Both the position numbers and the translations under genes were made by a program. 46,516 nt of DNA, taken from positions 1-46,516 of the forward strand of contig VGJF01000002.1 in NCBI GenBank assembly GCA_016867585.1, read 5' to 3'. Each line of letters opens with the position of its first letter. The stretch's first letter is position 1. This DNA comes from Candidatus Aminicenantes bacterium (GTDB taxonomy: Bacteria > Acidobacteriota > Aminicenantia > Aminicenantales > UBA4085). Of the stretch, positions 31,271 through 39,687 are shown piece by piece. Below the pieces are notes generated by a model. The model worked only from the letters and a program-made list of their open reading frames with translations, did no database searches and was not told the origin of the DNA.

Positions 31271-33916
31271 TCAGAACACAAGGCGAAGCGTGGTCCTCCC
31301 GAGCACGATCTCATCTCCGCCCTGGAGGGATTGCTCCCGAACCAGGCGGCCGTTCACTTGGGTTCCGTTGGCGCTGCCGAGGTCCCGCATGGTCAGGCCG
31401 TTCGCCGTCGCCACGATCTCGAGATGACGGCCGGAGACCTCGGGGTCGTCGATGACGAGGTCGTTGTCGCCGCTTCTTCCGACGCGGGTCCGAACCTTGG
31501 TGAGGTGAAATGATTCCCGGCGCCCGTCATGGCCCAGGACATCGAGACGAACGGCGACGGCGGGCTTCTGGCCCGAGCGACGGAGATAAAAAATGCCGGC
31601 TCCAAGCGCCATGGCCATCAGGATGAGCGCCCCAATGGCGACGGCCGGCCATAACGGCCTCGGGCCAGCCGGAGGCGGTCCACCGCCCCCCGAGACGCCG
31701 CCCGAGACGCCTCCCGAGTCCGGGGCCTCCACAGGGAGAAGGAAGTCGCTCGGATCGGCCGACGAAGGGCCGGGGAACGCTCCGGCGGTCTGGGGGCTCT
31801 CGGGCGTCCCGGCGCCGGGGGGCACGACCACGGCCTCGAGCCCATCCGCAGATCGGGTCATGTCGAACAAAGCGTTCAATTCGGCGGTGTTCTTTTCATA
31901 AAAGATTTCGCGATTGACCCCGGAAACCGCCCTCACGGCGACGTCGGCATCGACCTCCAGCGGCAGGAGGGGCAGGTGCAGTCTGTTTTCGAACACGGGG
32001 GCGAGATACTCGTAGGCCAGGCTTCCGTCGCGGCGGGCGACCCGAACGAGAAGCCGGTCGGGAACATTCCCCTCGAGGCGGAGGAACGAGTTCGGAAACC
32101 GGAAGGTGCTGAAGCGCTTATCGACCCGCTCGTAATTGGCCGACTGCCCGATCACGGCGTCCGGGGTCGCCGCCATCGATCTCTTGCCGTCGGCGTCGAC
32201 GCTGTAGTCGATGAACGGCTCGCCGGAGTCCCAGACGCCGTTTCCGTTCATGTCGATGAAGGCTTCGCCCGGATCATATGTCTTGTTTCCCTCCGTCTTG
32301 ATGCTGTAGACGCCGTGTCGGAGGAAACAGTCGTTGATCTTGGACTCCATTTTTTCGTGAGCCTTCAAGAAAGCCTCGTAATACATCCAGAACGTCGCTC
32401 GACGCTGTTTGAGAACGTCCCAGACGCCGGCGTATCCCAGGCCGGCCTTGGTGTCCAGATCCCACAGCACGGAGGCAAAAGCGAACTCTTCGTCCTTGCC
32501 CTCCCTTTCCCAAACTTTCCATGGGTCCTCGAGGCTTCCGAATGTGCCGATCACGCCGGTGGCGACCGGGGCGATGGCCCGGTGCTTCGTCACCAGCCCC
32601 GCGTAGTAGGTGGCGAATCCTTCGATGAAGGAATCGCCGGTGTCGTCGTTCGCGTAGCCGCCGTGCGGCTTGTTGCGGGGGTCCGATTCGCCGGCGGCGC
32701 TCTCCACGTAGCGGTTGCCGTAGGCCGTATACTGGACATAGTGCCCGAATTCGTGGTATTGGACGAAGGTGTTGGACGGTACGTTCAGCGTGTATTCCCG
32801 TTCGAGTCTCACCTTCCGGTTGGGATAGTCGAACACCGTGGGCTCGTTCGACTCGATCTCGACCAGCAGCGGGATGTTGCGGCTGAGGTCGACCTTGAGC
32901 TTCTCAACGGCAAACGCCCAGGCGTCATAGTGGTTCCGGAAGATGACCGAGATCTTTCTCAGCTTCTCGGGAGCATCGATGTTGGTCAACGCCCCTTCGG
33001 ACCATTCCGAGCTCCCAAAGTCGATGTCCTTCCGCACGTCCGTCGTCTGCTCATCGAGGTCGAATTTGTGGGCCGCCATGATCCTGTCGGACAGCTTGGC
33101 CGGCCGGGGGAACATCGCCAACTGGAACCAGGTCTTCCCGTTGCGGACGCCATTGAAAAAGACCCGGATCCTGGCCTTCTCGTCCTCAGGGCTGAGCGGG
33201 ACGGGCAGATCCGCCTTGTGCTCATAGAGCCCTTGGTCGTTCACCGCAACCGCCTTTTCCTTGCCGCCCAGCGTCACGAGAACCTGAAGCGTCGGAAGGG
33301 GATTCCCGTTGGCGTCTCGGGCGGTCCCGGAGATCCGGAAGGTCTCGGTCTTCGCCGGCGGCTTGGCCGCCGGGGGGGGCGGAGGCTTGGGCACGGCCAG
33401 CCCGGTGAAATAGCCGCTCACGACCAACCCCCTGTGCCCCCCGCCCATGCTGTACCGGCCGTCCATCCTGATTTCGAATGAGGCGGAAGCCCCGGCCGCG
33501 ACGGGGACCGAGAGGTTGAAGGCCGTACTCGGAGCCTCGGACCCGCCCGACCGAACCAAGTCTTTCTTGAACGTCTCCGTCTTGTTCCCCGAACTCAGCG
33601 TAACGGTCACCATCGCCCCGAAGCCTGCGCTGACCGAGGCCGAACCAGACACCGTCAGCGCTCCGGACCCGACGGTGCCCGTGAGGATTCGGGACGTCGT
33701 GAAACCCGGCTTGTCCTTGGAGTCCGCGACCGTGGCGCCGCCGATAGTGTATGTGATCTGCAGCCCGTTGAACGGCTGATCCGGAAAGGTGCCCGCGTTT
33801 TGGGCGAAACCGGCGGAAGCCGGAATCAGAAGCCAAGAAACGGCCAGACAAATCCCACTGGCCCAGGCCGCACCGGCGGCCCGGCGCAGAGTACGGAATG
33901 ACATGGTCTTAATCAA
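31271..33916 (-). CDS. Single-pass membrane protein: extracytoplasmic peptidase-MA-like HExxH domain + TM + cytoplasmic FHA domain
   Basis: 881 aa, TTG start. Signal peptide. HEFGH (nt 32741-32755) plus downstream SFIEGFATYY. TM WPAVAIGALILMAMALGAGIFYL. C-terminal FHA pattern (RVGRSGDNDLVIDDPEVSGRHLEI...LGSANGTQVNG). Confidence 0.75.
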   Translation of the reverse strand: MIKTMSFRTLRRAAGAAWASGICLAVSWLLIPASAGFAQNAGTFPDQPFNGLQITYTIGGATVADSKDKPGFTTSRILTGTVGSGALTVSGSASVSAGFGAMVTVTLSSGNKTETFKKDLVRSGGSEAPSTAFNLSVPVAAGASASFEIRMDGRYSMGGGHRGLVVSGYFTGLAVPKPPPPPAAKPPAKTETFRISGTARDANGNPLPTLQVLVTLGGKEKAVAVNDQGLYEHKADLPVPLSPEDEKARIRVFFNGVRNGKTWFQLAMFPRPAKLSDRIMAAHKFDLDEQTTDVRKDIDFGSSEWSEGALTNIDAPEKLRKISVIFRNHYDAWAFAVEKLKVDLSRNIPLLVEIESNEPTVFDYPNRKVRLEREYTLNVPSNTFVQYHEFGHYVQYTAYGNRYVESAAGESDPRNKPHGGYANDDTGDSFIEGFATYYAGLVTKHRAIAPVATGVIGTFGSLEDPWKVWEREGKDEEFAFASVLWDLDTKAGLGYAGVWDVLKQRRATFWMYYEAFLKAHEKMESKINDCFLRHGVYSIKTEGNKTYDPGEAFIDMNGNGVWDSGEPFIDYSVDADGKRSMAATPDAVIGQSANYERVDKRFSTFRFPNSFLRLEGNVPDRLLVRVARRDGSLAYEYLAPVFENRLHLPLLPLEVDADVAVRAVSGVNREIFYEKNTAELNALFDMTRSADGLEAVVVPPGAGTPESPQTAGAFPGPSSADPSDFLLPVEAPDSGGVSGGVSGGGGPPPAGPRPLWPAVAIGALILMAMALGAGIFYLRRSGQKPAVAVRLDVLGHDGRRESFHLTKVRTRVGRSGDNDLVIDDPEVSGRHLEIVATANGLTMRDLGSANGTQVNGRLVREQSLQGGDEIVLGRTTLRLVF
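31682..31720 (-). repeat. 12-nt tandem repeat (2.5-3 units) encoding an SGGV-SGGV-SGGGG juxtamembrane linker
   Basis: Minus-strand codons tcg ggN ggc gtc repeated; read directly. Confidence 0.6.
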
Positions 33917-36590
33917 CGTCGCCGCGGCCGCGGGTCGCCCAGACGGGATAGGGGGCGGCGCCGCCCTTCACGGAATGCCAGATGATCCGGTTGAGGACGT
34001 CCTCGGGGCAGGCGTCGATCTGGCGGAAATTGAGGCGGGCCGAGGCCAGGGCGTTGGCCCGGAGGAGCTTGTCCTTGATCTTGGCCGGGGGGGGATTCAG
34101 CTCGTCGATCGGGACGCGGTTGGGGACGGCCGTGAAGGGCGTGAAATCCGGCCTCTCGGTGAAGACGTCGAACATCGGCGTGGCCGCGGCGTCGAATTGG
34201 TTCATCGGGGGCAGGCCGAGGATCTGTTCGATCGTCCGGATGAGGCTGACCGTGTTGAACATCGTCTTGACGACCTGGCCGCGCTTCGTGTAGGGGCTGA
34301 CGACATAAGCCGTCGTCCGGTAGCCGCTGACGTGGTCCCAGCCGTCCTGGGGATCGTCTTCGATGGCGAAGATGACCGTTTCCTTCCAGAACGGGCTGCG
34401 GCTCAGGGCCTCGACGATCCGGCCGAAGGCCAGGTCGTTGTCGGCGACGTGGGCCGCGGGCGTGGGGGTGCCTTCCTTGGTCCCGCTGGTGTGGTCGTTG
34501 GGCAGGCAGACGAGGACGAGCTGGGGAAAGGACCCTTTCTTCTCGGACTTCCGGAGTTCCTCGATGAAAACGTCGGCCCGGTAGGCGTCCGGGACGTCCA
34601 TGCTCCAGCCGACGTATTTCGGCACGATGTATGGACGCAGGGACTCGATGGCCGCGACGCTGCCGAAGCGGATCTCGCCTTTCGGATTCCGGACTTCCCG
34701 CCAGCAGGCCGTCCAGTCGGGATCGCCCTTTCGGTTCGGGTCGGTCCAGCGGACATCCGGCATGGCGAACTCCCCGAAGTCCAGGAGGGTCTTTCCATGG
34801 CGGATGGCGTTGTCCCAGAGGAATCCCTTCGGGGAGTAGGCCAGGGCGTCGACCTCGTCCGGTCCCATCCCGTCGGGATAGCTCCGCGGCCATCCGGCGA
34901 ACGACTTCTCGAGGTAATCGGTCCCGAAGGCGGCCATCGACCACTGGTGGCCGTCGGCGCTCAGGATTCCGTTGCAGTAGACGTTGTCGAGGAGGACGAA
35001 CTCCCGGACCATCTTGTGCTGGTTGGGGGTGACCTCCTCGCCGAAGACGCAGAGCGAGGGGTCGCCGTTGCCTTGGGGGATGTCTCCGAGGACCTGGTCG
35101 TAGGTCCGGTTTTCCTTGATGACGTAGACGACATGCTTGAAGACGCTCGGCTCGCCGATCCGCTCCGGGACGGGCCGGGCGGGCTGGTTGGGGCGGGGCG
35201 GGGCCAGGGCGGCGGCGATCCGGCCGCGGTGGTAATTGTCCCAGACGGCGACCGTCAGCCTCGGCAGCATTGGGAGCTCCGGCAACGGGACGAGGGACAA
35301 GGAGCCGTGGTACTGGTGGGCGTTGTAGCCCGTTCCCCCGCTCCGTTTGTCCTTGGCCGGGGCGAGGGGAAGGGCCTTGATGTTGCCCACGCAGAGCTGC
35401 CGCAGTTTGGGATGATAGACGATCGCCCCGGGAAACCAGCCGACCGGGATGAGTCCGTAGAGCTTGGAACGGTTGCGGCGGGGCTTGAATTCGATGACGG
35501 CCACGGCGTTCTGGGTGCCGTTGGCGACGTAGAGAAATTCCCCCCTGGCGTCGAAGGCCAGGGCGTTCGGCGAGGCCCCGAATAAGTCGGCCGGGCTGGG
35601 CTTGGCCCAGATCGTCTCGACGACCCGGTCGGTCCCGGTGTCGATGACGCTGATGTTGTCGGAGGCGGCGTTGGCGCAGACGACATGGCGCCCGTCGGGC
35701 GAAACGGCCAGGGCGGAAGAATGGAGGTGGACGAGGATTTCGGCGGCCGTCCGGCCGGATTCGAGATCGATGACCGTGACCGAGCCTTCGGCGGCGACGA
35801 AGGTCGTCGGGTCGACCTTGACGATCGTCCCGCGCCCCGCCGGTCCGACGACGTCGCCCTCGACGGGCCGGCGCCCGCCCCAGTTGCTGACATAGGCTTT
35901 CCGGCGGACAAGGACGACATCGTAGGGTGCGACGCCGACGTCGAACGTCCGGAGGAGTTTTCCGGTCGAGGCCTCGACCTCGGCCAGTCGGTTGGAGAGG
36001 TTGAGGGCGACGTAGAGACGCGACCCGTCCGGCGAGACGGCGATCCCGGCCGGGATCTCCTCCTCACGGCGGAGACCCTCGACTTTCGGCAGCGGGAAGG
36101 CGATCCGGCCGGACACGAGGCCCTTCGCGTCGACGTCGAAGACCTTGAGGGTTCCGTTGACATCGCTGAGGTAGAGCTTTTTTCCGTCGGGAGAGAAGGC
36201 CAGTCCGGTGTAGCTGACCTGGGCTTTCTCGTCGGGCTTGAGGATATTCTCCGAAGTCAGCCTCGGAAGCTCATCGGAGGAACCCAGGGCGGGGAGGGGG
36301 ACGGTCTGGAGGATCCGGCCCGTCGCCGGGTCGACCGTCACGACCTCGTGGGATTTGCCGGACACGGCCAGGAGGCGGCCGTTGGGGCTGAGGGCGAGGG
36401 CCTGGGGCCTCATCCCGGGAAGTTCGACCTGGAGGCCGACGGGGGTGATGATTTGATTGACCGGGAGGACCGACCGGCCGTCGCTCTGGCGCCCGACGGT
36501 CTGGCCGGCCGGGCCCGAGGCCGAGGCGGACGCGAGGAAGGCCGAGAGAAGGAAGATCAGTCCGGCGATTTTTCGTCGGCGGGCGTTCAT
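33909..36590 (-). CDS. Secreted bifunctional-looking protein: YncE/YVTN beta-propeller + phosphoesterase/alkaline-phosphatase-superfamily domain
   Basis: 893 aa. Signal peptide. Repeated propeller blades (LALSPNGRLLAVSG, IAVSPDGSRLYVA, LAVSPDGRHVVCAN, FDARGEFLYVANG). Then KHVVYVIKENRTYDQVLGD, SADGHQWS, CLPNDHTSG. Confidence 0.8.
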   Translation of the reverse strand: MNARRRKIAGLIFLLSAFLASASASGPAGQTVGRQSDGRSVLPVNQIITPVGLQVELPGMRPQALALSPNGRLLAVSGKSHEVVTVDPATGRILQTVPLPALGSSDELPRLTSENILKPDEKAQVSYTGLAFSPDGKKLYLSDVNGTLKVFDVDAKGLVSGRIAFPLPKVEGLRREEEIPAGIAVSPDGSRLYVALNLSNRLAEVEASTGKLLRTFDVGVAPYDVVLVRRKAYVSNWGGRRPVEGDVVGPAGRGTIVKVDPTTFVAAEGSVTVIDLESGRTAAEILVHLHSSALAVSPDGRHVVCANAASDNISVIDTGTDRVVETIWAKPSPADLFGASPNALAFDARGEFLYVANGTQNAVAVIEFKPRRNRSKLYGLIPVGWFPGAIVYHPKLRQLCVGNIKALPLAPAKDKRSGGTGYNAHQYHGSLSLVPLPELPMLPRLTVAVWDNYHRGRIAAALAPPRPNQPARPVPERIGEPSVFKHVVYVIKENRTYDQVLGDIPQGNGDPSLCVFGEEVTPNQHKMVREFVLLDNVYCNGILSADGHQWSMAAFGTDYLEKSFAGWPRSYPDGMGPDEVDALAYSPKGFLWDNAIRHGKTLLDFGEFAMPDVRWTDPNRKGDPDWTACWREVRNPKGEIRFGSVAAIESLRPYIVPKYVGWSMDVPDAYRADVFIEELRKSEKKGSFPQLVLVCLPNDHTSGTKEGTPTPAAHVADNDLAFGRIVEALSRSPFWKETVIFAIEDDPQDGWDHVSGYRTTAYVVSPYTKRGQVVKTMFNTVSLIRTIEQILGLPPMNQFDAAATPMFDVFTERPDFTPFTAVPNRVPIDELNPPPAKIKDKLLRANALASARLNFRQIDACPEDVLNRIIWHSVKGGAAPYPVWATRGRGDVD

Positions 36591-37873
36591 CAGAGGACGA
36601 CCTTTTTTTTGCCCCAGCGGAGCTTCATCGTCAGGACCCTGTCGGTCGAGAAGATCCGCCCGGCGAGGAAGACCATGACCCCGAAGAAGGCGGCCATGTA
36701 GAGGACGCCGAGGGCCACGGCGTTGTAATTCTCGAGATAGATGTTCTGCATGGCCAGAAAGGGGTGGGAGAAGGGAATGGCCAGGATGAAGAGCTTGACG
36801 GGGAGCGACATCGTCTTGACGTCGGCGAACATGGAGACGAAATAGGGGATCATGATCAGGATGAGCATCGGCATGATGAGACTCTGGGCGCTCCGGAAGT
36901 CCTCGGCCAGGACGCCGAGGATGGTCGCCATGGCCAGGGCGCAGAGGATGGCGAAAAAAAGCGACGCCCCAAGGATGATCAGGGCGTTGGCGTTGAGCGT
37001 CAGACCGAGCTTCTGGACGACCTGGCCGATGCCGGGGGCATTGGCGATGTCGCCGGTGAATCCTCCCATGTAAGAGCGGAAGCCGACCATGTAGATGAAG
37101 GCCGAAACGAGCCCGACGAATCCGGAGGCCAGCATCTTGGCGGCGACGATCGAGGTCCGGGGAATGGGCACGGTCAGGAGAGTCTCGAGGGTCTTGTTCT
37201 GTTTCTCCATGGCGATGGCCGAGATGACCATCTGGGAGGAGTAGAGGATGATCATCATCAGGATGACCGGGATGAAGACCGTCTGCGAGGTCACGAATCC
37301 GGTCACGGCCGAGGCCGAGCCTTCGGCCATCCGGCTCTTGATGACGATGAAATCCCGGCTCTTGATCGGCGACTTGATGTCCTCGGGGGCCGTCTCCGGG
37401 ATTTTGGCCTTGAGGAAATTGTCCGAAAGGACTTTGTTGATGGCCTCGAGGACGGCCCGGACGATGGCCGAGGTCCGGGCGCCGACGATGGAAAAATTTC
37501 GGAGGAAGGAATAGGTTTCGACGACCTTGGGCTCCATCCGGCCGACGGACTCGCCGAATCCCGCGGGGATGACGACGAGGAGGTTCGTCTCGCCGGCCTT
37601 GGCCGCCTCGACGGCCGCTTCCGTCGTCGCCGCCGTCATGGGCTCGATTTTGAAATTCATCCCTTGGAGGCCGGCGAGCATCTGGCCGGAGAGGCCGGAC
37701 CTGTCGAGGTCGAAGACGGCGATTTTTTGGGCGGCCGCGGCCCTCTCGGCTTCCCGACGGGTCATCAGGCCGATGAAGTAGAACATCGCCATCATGAGGA
37801 GGAGGGAGACGATGAGCTGCTTGGAGAGGAGCTCCTTGACTTCCTTGACGAAGAGGTTCCGGAATTTTTTCAT
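36590..37873 (-). CDS. ABC-2-type transporter permease (NatB-like topology)
   Basis: 427 aa. N-terminal TM, a large extracytoplasmic loop, then 5 C-terminal TM helices. 4-nt overlap with the ATPase gene and 1-nt overlap with the downstream gene. Confidence 0.8.
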   Translation of the reverse strand: MKKFRNLFVKEVKELLSKQLIVSLLLMMAMFYFIGLMTRREAERAAAAQKIAVFDLDRSGLSGQMLAGLQGMNFKIEPMTAATTEAAVEAAKAGETNLLVVIPAGFGESVGRMEPKVVETYSFLRNFSIVGARTSAIVRAVLEAINKVLSDNFLKAKIPETAPEDIKSPIKSRDFIVIKSRMAEGSASAVTGFVTSQTVFIPVILMMIILYSSQMVISAIAMEKQNKTLETLLTVPIPRTSIVAAKMLASGFVGLVSAFIYMVGFRSYMGGFTGDIANAPGIGQVVQKLGLTLNANALIILGASLFFAILCALAMATILGVLAEDFRSAQSLIMPMLILIMIPYFVSMFADVKTMSLPVKLFILAIPFSHPFLAMQNIYLENYNAVALGVLYMAAFFGVMVFLAGRIFSTDRVLTMKLRWGKKKVVL

Positions 37874-38592
37874 CGGAGGGCGCTCCGGAAGACGTTCTCG
37901 AGGTTCGGCGCCCGGTATTTTTCCTTCAGGCCCGCCGGGGTCCCGCTGTCGAGGACCCGGCCCTTGTCGATGAGGGCGACCCGGTCGGAGAGGAACTCGA
38001 TCTCGAGCATGTTGTGCGAGGAAAGGAGGACCGAGATCCCCTCCTTGGCGAAACGCTTGATGATCTCCCGGACTTCGAGGGAGTTGATGACGTCGAGTCC
38101 CGAAGTCGGCTCGTCGAGGATGGCCAGGGCCGGCCGGGTCATGAGGGCCCGGCCGAGGAGGAGCTTGCGGACCATGCCCTTGCTGTAGGTCCCGACCTTG
38201 CTCGTCAGGCGGTCGCCCAAACCGGCGATGTCCTCGGCCCGCCTGACGAAGCCGGCCGCGTCGGCGGGGGTCGCGGCGTAGAAGTTGGCCATGAACTTCA
38301 GGTAATCGCGGCCCTTGAGGTTGCGGTAGGCCCCGGCCTCCTCCGGGAGATAGCTGATGTTTTCCCGGAATTTCTCAGGATTCTTGCGGAGGTCGTGGCC
38401 CAAGAGCGTCACCGTCCCGGCCGTGGCCGTGAGGAGCGTGGCCACGATCCGGAGGGTCGTCGTTTTGCCGGCCCCGTTCGGGCCGATGAGGGCGAAGATC
38501 TCCCCCTCGTCGACCGTGAAATCGATGCCCTTGACGGCCTCCACGGCCCCGTAGGATTTCCTGAGGCCTTCGGCTTTCAACATCATGCCCAT
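37870..38592 (-). CDS. ABC transporter ATP-binding protein
   Basis: Walker A GPNGAGKTT. Q-loop. Signature YSKGMVRKL (LSGG variant). Walker B ILDEPTSGLD. H-loop SSHNM. GAGGAGG Shine-Dalgarno 5 nt upstream. Confidence 0.9.
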   Translation of the reverse strand: MGMMLKAEGLRKSYGAVEAVKGIDFTVDEGEIFALIGPNGAGKTTTLRIVATLLTATAGTVTLLGHDLRKNPEKFRENISYLPEEAGAYRNLKGRDYLKFMANFYAATPADAAGFVRRAEDIAGLGDRLTSKVGTYSKGMVRKLLLGRALMTRPALAILDEPTSGLDVINSLEVREIIKRFAKEGISVLLSSHNMLEIEFLSDRVALIDKGRVLDSGTPAGLKEKYRAPNLENVFRSALR

Positions 38593-38629
38593 GCGGACCT
38601 CCTCGAGATCGTCGTCATGCCCTATCCGG

Positions 38630-38788
38630 TCACCAATACCAGCCCTTGTGCCGGCTCTTCCTCAGGTGGAAGTCGGGATTTTTCTTGAGCCGGCGGCGGT
38701 TCGAGCGGGCCATCTGCCTCTTGAGGGACTTCTTGGTCTTTCGGGGAATCGGCAACGCGTCCTTGAGCGGATAAAGACAAGCGCCCAT
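38630..38788 (-). CDS. Small, extremely basic ORF (52 aa), possibly a leaderless first cistron or leader peptide of the ABC operon
   Basis: MGACLYPLKDALPIPRKTKKSLKRQMARSNRRRLKKNPDFHLRKSRHKGWYW. The ATG lies 7 nt after a TACAAT box. No family recognised. It could instead be an untranslated 5' leader. Confidence 0.35.
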   Translation of the reverse strand: MGACLYPLKDALPIPRKTKKSLKRQMARSNRRRLKKNPDFHLRKSRHKGWYW

Positions 38789-38795
38789 CCGCCCT

Positions 38796-38823
38796 ATTGT
38801 AGCCTCCCCGGCTGAATTGTAAA
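38796..38823 (-). promoter_or_regulatory. Sigma70-type promoter (TTTACA-16-TACAAT, minus strand) for the ABC/propeller/FHA operon
   Basis: Minus strand: TTTACA (38823-38818), 16-nt spacer, TACAAT (38801-38796), 7 nt, ATG at 38788. Confidence 0.45.
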
Positions 38824-38844
38824 GGCCCGTCGTCGCCGCAGCTC

Positions 38845-38899
38845 CGGAATTCATCCTCCTCAAGGCTTCGGCCGGGCCGGGCAAGACCATCCGGCCGGC
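38845..38899 (+). repeat. Direct repeat copy A: non-translatable relic of the first 55 nt of addA
   Basis: 51/55 identical to 40533-40587 by manual alignment. Encodes EFILLKASAGPGKTIRPA versus AEFILLKASAGSGKTTRLA, but there is no start codon after an in-frame TAA at 38820. Confidence 0.8.
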
Positions 38900-38941
38900 G
38901 GCCCGGTCTCCGACGAAGCCGCGGCGCTTGCGGCCAGGCCC

Positions 38942-39262
38942 ATGATGCCGGCGCGCATCTCTGCGCTGGCCGGCGGCATCGGCTGGCCCGTGCGCGGGAT
39001 CCCTTGGGCTCTCGACCGACGGGATGGGGCTAAAGGACAGGGAAACAGCCGACTCCACTTTACCAATCGGGTCGTCGTCTTGGCCAACGCCAAGGAAATC
39101 GCCCGCTGGAATTTTTCTTCGTCGAACCGTCCGGAAGGCGAGAATTTTTCCCGGGAGATCAAGCTGAATGTCGAGGCGGAGGCGGAAATCGTGGCTGAGG
39201 CGAACTGCAACCTTCACGGCAGCGGCGGGCCGGCCAAGGCCATGATCAAGATCGAAGGATAA
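38942..39262 (+). CDS. Divergent, shortened desulfoferrodoxin/superoxide-reductase-like domain protein; start uncertain, possibly a relic
   Basis: The C-terminal part NRPEGENF....EANCNLHGSGG resembles the SOR blocks LPEGENF and YCN(I/L)HG(L)W. The His-rich HPxxxxHH ligand block is absent. DRRD may be a leftover of a twin-arginine signal. No Shine-Dalgarno. Confidence 0.35.
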   Translation: MMPARISALAGGIGWPVRGIPWALDRRDGAKGQGNSRLHFTNRVVVLANAKEIARWNFSSSNRPEGENFSREIKLNVEAEAEIVAEANCNLHGSGGPAKAMIKIEG

Positions 39263-39275
39263 GGGGAGGTCAATC

Positions 39276-39458
39276 ATGACCGTGGCCGGGATTTCCCTGG
39301 TCTTGATTCTCGGGGTGATCAACTTGCTGCTTGTCCTGTTTCAAGTCGGGACCGGCAAGAGATGGCTGAAGGTCAACTTCGCCTGGCACCGCCGCCTGGG
39401 CGTGGCGTTGCTCCTGACCGCCCTTCTTCACGCCGGATTGGCCTATCTCAGCCGCTGA
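39276..39458 (+). CDS. Small 2-TM membrane protein (60 aa)
   Basis: GGGGAGG Shine-Dalgarno 7 nt upstream of the ATG. Two hydrophobic helices (ISLVLILGVINLLLVLF, LGVALLLTALLHAGLAYL) with conserved-looking His residues. Confidence 0.5.
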   Translation: MTVAGISLVLILGVINLLLVLFQVGTGKRWLKVNFAWHRRLGVALLLTALLHAGLAYLSR

Positions 39459-39687
39459 CTTTCACGATCCCGCCGCCGGTCGCCCTCAGCCGTTGAGGAG
39501 AGACCTTCCCTCGTCCGACGATTGTGCGCTGGGTGACCTGCGGCCGGTCGTTGGGCACGTGCCGGGCTCGGCCCGGGGCGAGGAGACTCTTTGTTTTTGC
39601 GCTCGTTCCCGCCCCGACCTCAAGAGGAGGTTCCTTTTCTGGCGGGACACGGCCGTTACTAAGGATGCGCGGGGCCCGAACGCCCGG

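Noticed and set aside
32219-32254. Dockerin in the FHA protein as a partner for the cohesin-like domain of the secretin
   Set aside because: DMNGNGVWDSGE is a good single EF-hand-type loop. The second loop (DYSVDADGKRS) follows after only 3 residues (PFI), without the helices of the duplicated 22-residue dockerin segment. There is not enough evidence for a dockerin, so it is kept only as a Ca-binding-loop remark.
38630-38788. The small basic ORF as a ribosomal protein (L32/L34/L35-like)
   Set aside because: Only a generic K/R-rich character is shared (PRKTKKSLKR versus the L32 PKRKTSKSRR). The conserved downstream residues of those families are absent. It is left as a hypothetical or leader peptide.
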